From: an actinobacterium SCGC AAA044-N04
GTDB taxonomy: Bacteria; Actinomycetota; Actinomycetes; Nanopelagicales; Nanopelagicaceae
NCBI GenBank assembly: GCA_000378885.1
Contig: KB900461.1
Span: forward strand, 267,765-331,764
Direction: 5' to 3'
DNA length: 64,000 bases
Part shown: positions 30,729-39,893 of the stretch, piece after piece
Numbering within the stretch: position 1 is the stretch's first letter
Layout of the letters: every line of letters begins with the position of its first letter
The notes under the pieces: generated by a model
The model's input: only the letters and a program-made list of their open reading frames with translations
The model's database searches: none
What the model was told of the DNA's origin: nothing
Program-made: the position numbers and the translations under genes

Positions 30729-31179
30729 TGAAACCCCAAGTGATATCCAAGTTCGCTTTGCCTATCCCGACGTTGCACTCCAGCTTGAAACAGCCATGTT
30801 GCAAGGGGAGTTGGAGGACATTCTTGGCCTGCAGGGCAAAGTCGTTCTCCGCAATAAGTCGGCATTGATCCACATCCCTCTAACGGAACAGTTTCAAATG
30901 ACACTACGCCCGACTGATGTTGGCTTTGAGGGTTATTCCGAGTGGATGTCTTGGCATGAGCACGTTGATGAAAAACACCAACGTCGCGAAATTCAAGGAT
31001 CTGTCCGCGCCTCAGTCGAAGTTATTTGTAAACGTAAAGGCGCAACCTTCCAGCCACTCACCTTCACCGTTCACCAGAAAGACCTCGAAGGAGTGATCCA
31101 TAAAGCTCTTGGAATCATACGTTTTCATACTGGGAAACGCCTTGCTCCTAAATTCATCAAAGTTGAGGAGCTGTCATGA
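30718..31179 (+). CDS. Hypothetical protein (~153 aa)
   Basis: RBS GAGGTG before TTG 30718; overlaps both neighbours, operon-like. Confidence 0.7.
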   Translation: MLPSETPSDIQVRFAYPDVALQLETAMLQGELEDILGLQGKVVLRNKSALIHIPLTEQFQMTLRPTDVGFEGYSEWMSWHEHVDEKHQRREIQGSVRASVEVICKRKGATFQPLTFTVHQKDLEGVIHKALGIIRFHTGKRLAPKFIKVEELS

Positions 31180-31385
31180 CAACCAAAGTAATTAAAACGA
31201 TAAGCACAAAAACTACAGTAACGATGTATCAGTCATGCGACAGCTGCCTTGCTCGCGCAAAATTTAAGGCAACTTTTAGTTTTGGCGAACTTGATTTCTG
31301 TTTGCATCATTTTAAAGAGCACGAGAGTGCCCTAATTATAACTGCTGAAGCTATTTCACCCATTGGAGGTCATGATGAAGATTAA
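31176..31385 (+). CDS. Small Zn-binding protein (DUF7455-like, CxxC...FCxHH)
   Basis: CDSCLARA...GELDFCLHHFKEHESAL; RBS GAGGAG, ATGA overlap. Confidence 0.75.
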   Translation: MTTKVIKTISTKTTVTMYQSCDSCLARAKFKATFSFGELDFCLHHFKEHESALIITAEAISPIGGHDED

Positions 31386-31623
31386 ATCTGATATGGCGCA
31401 TGAACTATGGATCACCTTTCTAGATGGTCGACAAATCAGGCTAGGTCAAGATTCTTCTGTTGAAATTGCAGACAGCGGGTTATTGGTCTTAAAGCACTCT
31501 AATAACCAAGTCACCATTTATCCACCCAATTCCTGGGTGAAAGTCAAATTGTTAAAGGCAGCGGAGCAGTCCGTTGTAACTCTCCCACTTAAAGGCTTGG
31601 GAATTTCTATACCTAGCCCGTAA
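31375..31623 (+). CDS. Hypothetical small beta-rich protein
   Basis: RBS GGAGG before ATG 31375. Confidence 0.65.
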   Translation: MKIKSDMAHELWITFLDGRQIRLGQDSSVEIADSGLLVLKHSNNQVTIYPPNSWVKVKLLKAAEQSVVTLPLKGLGISIPSP

Positions 31624-31685
31624 TTGGAGAAAAACCTCAAATAGAAGAGCAGTACCTAAACATCAACCTAGAGAAAGAAGGCCCT

Positions 31686-32852
31686 ATGCAAGAAAATATA
31701 AATAACGTAACACCAATCATTAGTCCGCTAAAGATTGAGAACAAGATGCTTGTGATTAACAATCTCCGTATTTCTAATGCAGAACTTGTTGATTATCTAT
31801 CAAGCAAAGTAGATATCGAGCGAGCTTTTCTCGATTTAATTGAAGCTGCGCTGCTTGTGCGACGCCTATCTGACGTTGCTATAGAAGCAGAGGCTTTAAA
31901 TTCAGTGGCTGATCGCGTGACAGGGTCAGTTGAGAAGGCAGGCCTTACGGCAGTCGATGACTTCACTACATTGATTGAGAAGCACACCAATATCGAGGAT
32001 CCATCTGGCCTTGCTCGCATTTTGGTAGATCAATTAGTGCCAGCCATCGCGGCTGAACTAAGTCCCTTAAATAAAAAGGGTCCCATGTTCAAAATTTATG
32101 ACCCACTGATTGATCTTGTTCAGAGGATTGCCGGGCAAGACGGTGCTCATGAAGCCGTTAACAACTCGTCTACAAAGGGTAAGAATTTCAACGCAACGAT
32201 GGATGGAATTCTGCAACATTTCGCAAGCCAATCTGGAGATCAGATTGAATTTGTTAACGATGTTAAATCAGTGAAGGGCTTGAAGGGTGGTGACGAGATC
32301 ATCACGATCCCCACTGAGCTCACTGGTGGACAATCGATAAAAATTGTTTGGGAATTCAAAGCTGAACGCGATTTGTCACAGCCTGCAATACTCAAGGAAT
32401 TGGCTGCTGCTATCGAAAATCGTCAATCACAGGCGGGCGTCTTCGTCCTTGCGTTGGAGCCTGAGTATGAGAAGTGGTCTACACATAGCTTTGCATCTGG
32501 AAATCGTTTACTGATTATTGTGGATAAAGACAATCCTGATAGGTATCTAATTCAGTTTGCATATCTATGGTCGCGGATGGTTGCTATGAAGCAATTAAGT
32601 ACCGTGAAAGATGTACTAGATATTGAGAAGCTTCAGTACCTATTTGATCAAGCCGAAGTCTCTCTCAAAGACATTCGCAACATCAAAACAGCTCATACCG
32701 GAATCGAAACCTCGCTTGCCGATGCTCGCCGGTGGGTAGCTACCGTGGAAAATTCCTTGAAGCAAAAATTCTCCGAGATTTCTGAAGAACTCGATGGAGA
32801 CGATGGCTTCGATGAAATAGTTTCCGAACTTACTAAGAAAAAGAAAGCTTAA
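31686..32852 (+). CDS. DUF2130/RmuC-like coiled-coil protein with PD-(D/E)xK nuclease fold
   Basis: KGKNF...GDEII...IVWEFK...ENRQSQAGVFV core flanked by helical regions. Confidence 0.65.
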   Translation: MQENINNVTPIISPLKIENKMLVINNLRISNAELVDYLSSKVDIERAFLDLIEAALLVRRLSDVAIEAEALNSVADRVTGSVEKAGLTAVDDFTTLIEKHTNIEDPSGLARILVDQLVPAIAAELSPLNKKGPMFKIYDPLIDLVQRIAGQDGAHEAVNNSSTKGKNFNATMDGILQHFASQSGDQIEFVNDVKSVKGLKGGDEIITIPTELTGGQSIKIVWEFKAERDLSQPAILKELAAAIENRQSQAGVFVLALEPEYEKWSTHSFASGNRLLIIVDKDNPDRYLIQFAYLWSRMVAMKQLSTVKDVLDIEKLQYLFDQAEVSLKDIRNIKTAHTGIETSLADARRWVATVENSLKQKFSEISEELDGDDGFDEIVSELTKKKKA

Positions 32853-32858
32853 TGAACT

Positions 32859-33010
32859 GTTGACGGGCGATCGGCTGGTCACCGATCTCTCGTCGACTTC
32901 TCGAGCTGTTGGAGTTTCTCCTTTCTACCAACAGCTATTGGAGTCCGAACAGGACAGGCACTTCTCCTGGCTTGTCACCGCGCCAGTGCACTGGCGCGGG
33001 TTCGGATTTC
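32859..33010 (+). ncRNA. Candidate structured ncRNA (two hairpins plus a three-way junction, CUCCU loops)
   Basis: Stems 32859-74/32882-97, 32904-12/32928-36, 32940-50/33000-10, 32953-59/32970-76 and 32978-86/32991-99. G-U pairs occur only in the plus-strand reading. Confidence 0.6.
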
Positions 33011-33071
33011 ATTTCTTGCCTGCATCACATGACAAAACTTATTAAACTATTTAATTAAATGACTCGGATCG

Positions 33072-33776
33072 TTATTGATAAAAACCGATCTCCGTTAGAA
33101 ACTTGCAGTCCAAGCATGTGCTCGCTGCGTCGGGATAATCCCCTTCGATAATTCCAATAAATCGAGACATAAATGCATCAAACTCAGCCGCTTTTCGGTT
33201 GACAGGTATATACCGCTCTTCAACAGCAAAACCCCTGGAACCATCTCGCTCAATGACATCACCGGTGATTCTCCATTGGAGAAGACCAATTGTCTTAATT
33301 TCGATTGGGTCGCCAATCTCTGGGCGCTCGAGCATGTATACATAGGCTTCGAGTTGAGTCCAATAGCTATCGATTAAACCTTCTTCATCCTTTTTCATTG
33401 AGACTTTGCCATCAATGATTGAAAAGGAGCCATCTTCATTCTTAGTTAATAAATCCAGTTCACCATAGAACTTCCATCGGGTTTCCTGGCCATTTACACG
33501 AATAGGTTGGCTCGCAAACTTACCTTTATGAAGTACCGCCCAACCTTTGGGAAGTATTGAAGAGATGGATTCATTTGATACTCCATCGAATGACGCCTCT
33601 TGTATGCGCGACATTTGCTGCTGTAACGCCAAATTCGCGGGAATAGAGAAATTATGCCAATAAGACATCCAGGTGCAACGGGGACAGTTTCCTTTGTAGA
33701 GGGAAGAAGGGGTAATTACCGATTTATATGGAGTAGCTGGCTTAATTTTGTAGTCAGCAGTAGTTCTTATTGCCAT
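33072..33776 (-). CDS. Cas4-like / RecB-family PD-(D/E)xK nuclease
   Basis: TPSSL..CPRC, GELDLL, IIDGK, QLEAY and C-terminal CLDC motifs. Confidence 0.8.
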   Translation of the reverse strand: MAIRTTADYKIKPATPYKSVITPSSLYKGNCPRCTWMSYWHNFSIPANLALQQQMSRIQEASFDGVSNESISSILPKGWAVLHKGKFASQPIRVNGQETRWKFYGELDLLTKNEDGSFSIIDGKVSMKKDEEGLIDSYWTQLEAYVYMLERPEIGDPIEIKTIGLLQWRITGDVIERDGSRGFAVEERYIPVNRKAAEFDAFMSRFIGIIEGDYPDAASTCLDCKFLTEIGFYQ

Positions 33777-33828
33777 GGTGAGGTTCCTTCCAGGGTAGTA
33801 GCGTCGAAGGCGTGAATGTAATCTTGAA

Positions 33829-35094
33829 TTAAAAAAGGGTTAATTCTGATCTGTTATGAGGAAGCAACTCTGCCGGGGCTTCTGCAGATCTCGCGGGTAC
33901 TCCTAGGATTTTTCTAATTGCTAGCCCGACGTGATATCCCAGATTTACAGGAACAGCATTACCAATCTGTTTGTATTGCGAAGATGTACTACCAGCAAAA
34001 GACCAATCATCTGGAAAAGTTTGGATGCGTGCATACTCACGCACGGTAAGAGGCCGAGTCTCGCTCGGATGGCAACGCTCCGTTTGTTTTTGTGCAGGGT
34101 TACACGTCAAGGTAAGCGATGGCTCTGCCCAGGAAAGCCTTCTTGCCATGCCAGTCTTACCACCGCCAAGATGATAACTTCCACCCATATATTTCTTTTG
34201 TAAATTCTGCGGAAGATCACGCCAATAGCCACCTTCCGGAATCATCTCCATGATTTCGTATTTGGCATCACTATATTTCTGCCCATCCGACTTAGGAACC
34301 TTCTTCAAGGCAGCTCTCATTGTGATTGTGTAATCCTTTTCAGCCGGAAAAAGAATCTCTGAATTTAAATCTTCTCGTAGCCCGAAGATTATGAGCCGCT
34401 CGCGCTTTTGTGGGACATCAAGAAATTGTGCTCTAAGCACTTTATATGCGACCCGATATCCCAATTCTTCTAACTCTCGAACAATTACTTGCAAAGTCCT
34501 TCCATTATCGTGATTGAGTAATCCCTTGACGTTCTCTCCTAAAACTAACTTTGGCCTAACTTGATCAATTAATCGGGCATACTCGTAAAATAAAGTTCCT
34601 CTTGTATCTGCAAATCCTAGACTTTTACCCGCATACGAGAACGCCTGGCAGGGGAATCCACCTGCCATCACATCGATTTGTCCAGCATAATCATCAAGGT
34701 CTATATCTAGCACGCTAGCTTGATGGGAATTCCACTCTGGTCTGTTTTGCTGAAGGGTTCTGATGGAGTCTCTATCGAAATCAACCAACATCTTTGATTG
34801 AATGCCCGCATTATGCATTCCCAGAGCTAATCCACCTGCACCACAAAATAATTCAATAGAAGTTAACTTCGTTTGGGGAGCATGCAAGACTTTCCAAGGT
34901 TTATCGGAGGCAGAACTCTTCGATGTAACCCGCTTAATTTCTTCCAAGGAAAACAGGCGCTCACCTCGTAGACCAACTTGAGCCTTGATCAAGCCTTTTT
35001 TATGCCACCTTCGAATCGTGTCGGAGGAGACGTTTAACCTAAGGGCTGCTTGATGTACTGGGAGGAGATCAGATTCTAGGGTAACCAATGCCAT
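33829..35094 (-). CDS. Type II DNA (cytosine-5)-methyltransferase with N-terminal MerR/Xis-like HTH
   Basis: ELFCGAGG, GGFPCQAFS, ENVKGL, QKRER, REYARIQ and YKQIGNAVP motifs. TRD resembles GGNCC enzymes (M.Sau96I/M.Eco47II type). Leaderless ATG at 35094. Confidence 0.93.
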   Translation of the reverse strand: MALVTLESDLLPVHQAALRLNVSSDTIRRWHKKGLIKAQVGLRGERLFSLEEIKRVTSKSSASDKPWKVLHAPQTKLTSIELFCGAGGLALGMHNAGIQSKMLVDFDRDSIRTLQQNRPEWNSHQASVLDIDLDDYAGQIDVMAGGFPCQAFSYAGKSLGFADTRGTLFYEYARLIDQVRPKLVLGENVKGLLNHDNGRTLQVIVRELEELGYRVAYKVLRAQFLDVPQKRERLIIFGLREDLNSEILFPAEKDYTITMRAALKKVPKSDGQKYSDAKYEIMEMIPEGGYWRDLPQNLQKKYMGGSYHLGGGKTGMARRLSWAEPSLTLTCNPAQKQTERCHPSETRPLTVREYARIQTFPDDWSFAGSTSSQYKQIGNAVPVNLGYHVGLAIRKILGVPARSAEAPAELLPHNRSELTLF

Positions 35095-35109
35095 AGGCAA
35101 AGGTTACCA
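35080..35109 (-). promoter_or_regulatory. MTase leaderless promoter with overlapping palindromic operator
   Basis: Extended -10 TGG-TAACCT 6 nt before the ATG; inverted repeat GGTAACC-AA-TGCC-ATA-GGCA-AA-GGTTACC. Confidence 0.65.
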
Positions 35110-35111
35110 TA

Positions 35112-35924
35112 TTATTTTGCCAATTCAATTATCACAGGGTCGGCTGCCAAATCACGCACGACCTGTTCAAGTAGTGGGTTGAGAGTTGTAGAGGGAATTG
35201 CGGCAGCACAAACTGCGATAAGTCGCGTACCAAGACCCTTCTCTCCGGTCATATGTTCCCAAAAATCATCGCCAACGAGCACGGAATAACCCGCACCTTG
35301 GATCTTTTTGTAATGATCGTTCAGGTCAGAGTCTTTTCCGTAAATTACTCCAACTACTTGGTCGGCAACAGAAACTGGAACATTATTTGTGTTACCAAGG
35401 GATCGTGCTTGATTAAAGTGTCCAACAATAGTTTTAATGTCATCTTTGTTTATCGTGGTTGGCCCCGCCTTTATTTGAGCCATTTTTTTTCTGCCATCGA
35501 AGTGATCTGTGTACTCCACATCAATACCCTGAGTTAGACTTCCGTTCACACCGCTAAGAATGTTTGTAATCTCACGTTGTAGCTGAGTTCCAAAAGAAGT
35601 ATTTAAGCCAGTAATCAGCGATGTGCCGATAACCATTGCGCGAGCTATGCCCTCAGGAGTAACTGTTCCGGTTAAGGCGATTGACCTGTATTTTGCTAGA
35701 TATGGGTTTATTTTGTGATTCTTCACTTGCTTCAGCTTTTTCAAGTTTTTTTCCTGCTGGGGAATAAAAATAGTTCTAAACCACACTTCCATTTCGTAAG
35801 CAATGTAGTCACTTACAGTTGGATAACTTGATGCAGGAGTGAGAACTCTTTTTTTACTCGGTCGCGGAGCTGCAGCTTTTTTGACAGCGGCTTTTTTGAC
35901 AGCGGCTTTTTTGACCGGTGGCAT
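35112..35924 (-). CDS. Type II restriction endonuclease, EcoO109I/PmeII-like
   Basis: INPYL, TGLNTSFG, GIDVE, QIKAGPTTIN, VVGVIYG and VGDDFW match the EcoO109I layout; lies directly upstream of the MTase. Confidence 0.82.
   Translation of the reverse strand: MPPVKKAAVKKAAVKKAAAPRPSKKRVLTPASSYPTVSDYIAYEMEVWFRTIFIPQQEKNLKKLKQVKNHKINPYLAKYRSIALTGTVTPEGIARAMVIGTSLITGLNTSFGTQLQREITNILSGVNGSLTQGIDVEYTDHFDGRKKMAQIKAGPTTINKDDIKTIVGHFNQARSLGNTNNVPVSVADQVVGVIYGKDSDLNDHYKKIQGAGYSVLVGDDFWEHMTGEKGLGTRLIAVCAAAIPSTTLNPLLEQVVRDLAADPVIIELAK
35875..35915. repeat. 15-bp tandem repeat (2.7 copies) encoding (VKKAA)n
   Basis: GCTTTTTTGACAGCG x2 plus a partial third copy. Confidence 0.9.
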
Positions 35925-35991
35925 GAGCGCTCCTGACTTTGGAATACCACCAGCCTAAGAGATATGGGTAATAAATGGTGGGATTTTGCTG

Positions 35992-36140
35992 CCCTTTACT
36001 ACCCCCGCCTGCGGGTAACCAAATACTGCTATCTCTCGCTCAAAATTACCATCTCTGTTCCTGACCACTCTCTACCAGCAAAATGTAGAGAGTGGTCAGG
36101 AACAAGTAATTTTGTTAGTACGTACGGGGGTAGTAACGGG
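35992..36140. repeat. Large nested inverted repeat; candidate oriT
   Basis: Perfect 20-bp stem 36056-75/36085-104, plus CAAAATTAC/GTAATTTTG and 15/16-bp outer arms 35992-36007/36125-140. Confidence 0.8.
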
Positions 36141-36275
36141 TAGAGATGTGGATGCGAGTAAGGGGGTGGGTAGTTGTGTGTTAGTTGAGAAGAGAATAAG
36201 GATTAATGGCGATTCATTTGCACTGTGACTAGTGAGGTTCGAGCTTTCGAACCCACAAATCACTTAGGAGTGAAA

Positions 36276-36929
36276 ATGAATAAAACAAGTAAATCTCTTC
36301 GGTTGACCGATCGAGACATTGAATACATAACCTGGATTGCAGAACAACAAGCAGTACGTCTTGACACACTGCAGTTGTTATTTGAAATCAGAGGCAAGAA
36401 GATTGATCCTCGAGCATTGAGGCGCTTAGTTGAAAGATGGCAACGGCTTGGCTTAGTACAGAAGAAGATTTTGCTAGCAAAATCACCCAGCATTATCTGG
36501 CCAACAATTGAAGGAATGAGGGTAGCCAATCTGCCCCATTCCCGTGGCGATCGGAACTTCACTCCGAGTTTTTCTTCAGTACATCACACAGTCGCTACTG
36601 CCAGAGTTCGGATTGAATATGAAAGAAGAGGTTGGGAATGGACTTGCGAGAGAGATCTTCGTCATGAGTTCGGAGCAAGCCACCTAGCCGATGGTTTGGC
36701 TTCAGTAGACACTCAGCGAATTTTGGTTGAAGTTGAAAGAACCCAAAAAGAAAGTTCTCGCCTCAAGAACATAATGATGGCGAACCTTCGAACTAAAAAC
36801 ATAACTGGTTGTCATTATTGGACAACCGATGCTCTATATCCGGTGATCCAGTCACATATCAACATGCTTGAGGACGATTTGAAGAGCAAAATGCAAATCT
36901 TTTTACTTCCAGATGAGGTGAAGATATGA
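36276..36929 (+). CDS. Replication-relaxation (Replic_Relax; MOBC-like) relaxase
   Basis: N-terminal wHTH LTDRD...RRL...LGLV, HHTVA, W.CER, and D-x12-E-V-E-R-x2-K-x3-R; RBS AGGAG before ATG 36276. Confidence 0.78.
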   Translation: MNKTSKSLRLTDRDIEYITWIAEQQAVRLDTLQLLFEIRGKKIDPRALRRLVERWQRLGLVQKKILLAKSPSIIWPTIEGMRVANLPHSRGDRNFTPSFSSVHHTVATARVRIEYERRGWEWTCERDLRHEFGASHLADGLASVDTQRILVEVERTQKESSRLKNIMMANLRTKNITGCHYWTTDALYPVIQSHINMLEDDLKSKMQIFLLPDEVKI

Positions 36930-37030
36930 ATCAGAAACCCATCAAAGAAGTAGAAGAAATAAAGCAAGATGAAGGATCGGGTATGGATGAATTCATCGCG
37001 ACGATCTTTTTCGTCCACATTCTTTACAAC
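36926..37030 (+). pseudogene. Possible truncated gene translationally coupled to the relaxase
   Basis: RBS GAGGTG and ATGA overlap; after ~22 codons it runs antisense into the Zn-finger gene. Confidence 0.35.
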
Positions 37031-37199
37031 TTCCCCCGCGAGTTTGAACTTTGGCAAGAGTTGGACTGCCCACAGTTCCACACTTCAGGCACTTGGCCCT
37101 CCAAGGCTTACCAGCACCTGGATACTCAGTTAGTGGTTCAAGACCAAATTCCCGCATTCGTTCTACGGCAACACTCGGCTCGAGTTTTCCAGGTGTCAT
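36993..37199 (-). CDS. Small zinc-ribbon/treble-clef protein (68 aa)
   Basis: MREFGLEPLTEYPG..KPWRAKCLKCG...P.L..V...GGSCKECG; leaderless ATG at 37199. Confidence 0.75.
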   Translation of the reverse strand: MTPGKLEPSVAVERMREFGLEPLTEYPGAGKPWRAKCLKCGTVGSPTLAKVQTRGGSCKECGRKRSSR

Positions 37200-37205
37200 A
37201 GTCCA

Positions 37206-37228
37206 ACAATACAAAGATTAACTGACAA
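37206..37228 (-). promoter_or_regulatory. PafBC/RecA-NDp-type promoter of the Zn-finger gene
   Basis: Minus strand TTGTCAG-N10-TATTGT-N6-ATG. Confidence 0.7.
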
Positions 37229-37251
37229 ACAATAGGAGTAATCTCTCTTCC

Positions 37252-37638
37252 ATGAAACAAGATCCTGCCAAAGCTACCAAGGCCCGCGCACTAGTGGCAT
37301 CCCTATTGATTATTGAATCAGTTGTGATTGCATTGCTCGGTGTATGGCTCATTATTTTGTCTTTAACTGCCGATAGCGTTGAAATCTTGCCACTGCTAGG
37401 GGTATTGATATTTATTGTTTTGGGATCTGGCGGCTTATATGCAGCAGCAGCTGGATATCGCAAGGGAAAGTACTTCGGGCGCGCACCGGCATTGCTAGCA
37501 AATTTGATTGCAATTGGTGTTTCTAAATATCAATTCGCCGGTGGCCTCTATGTAGTCGCAATTCCGCTGTTTATTCTGGCGGTTGTAACGGTGGTTTCTG
37601 TCTTACGGGCTATTCCCGATAGACTCCCGACTTCTTAA
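37252..37638 (+). CDS. Conserved actinobacterial integral membrane protein
   Basis: Four TMs with G..FGRAPALLANL motif; leaderless TAATCT-N7-ATG. Confidence 0.75.
   Translation: MKQDPAKATKARALVASLLIIESVVIALLGVWLIILSLTADSVEILPLLGVLIFIVLGSGGLYAAAAGYRKGKYFGRAPALLANLIAIGVSKYQFAGGLYVVAIPLFILAVVTVVSVLRAIPDRLPTS

Positions 37639-39885
<2,247 letters not shown>

Positions 39886-39893
<8 letters not shown>

Larger units (their letters stand above)
28310..37230. mobile_element. Accessory genomic island / decayed mobilizable element (R-M, relaxase, orphans)
   Basis: Abrupt switch from core genes to orphans, R-M genes and a Replic_Relax relaxase, with long intergenic regions. No att repeats seen, so boundaries are approximate. 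Confidence 0.75.

Noticed and set aside
32860-33045. 61-aa ORF overlapping the structured element
   Set aside because: TTG start without an RBS and no recognisable features; the dense base-pairing explains the region better.
33793-33800. GGGTAGTA shared with the oriT-like repeat (36128-36135)
   Set aside because: A single 8-mer match is compatible with chance.
36236-36253. GGTTCGA-GCTT-TCGAACC as a LexA (SOS) box or tRNA T-arm/att site
   Set aside because: The half-sites are in the reverse order of TCGAAC-N4-GTTCGA and no cloverleaf surrounds it; it is probably just a leader hairpin.
28310-37230. Avoidance of GGNCC sites as proof of R-M specificity
   Set aside because: Several GGNCC and RGGNCCY sites occur within the island (e.g. 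30091, 32078), so there is no visible depletion.
28267-37250. CRISPR array, retron or prophage in the island
   Set aside because: No regularly spaced repeat-spacer units, cas1/cas2, reverse transcriptase, or phage structural or integrase genes were seen.
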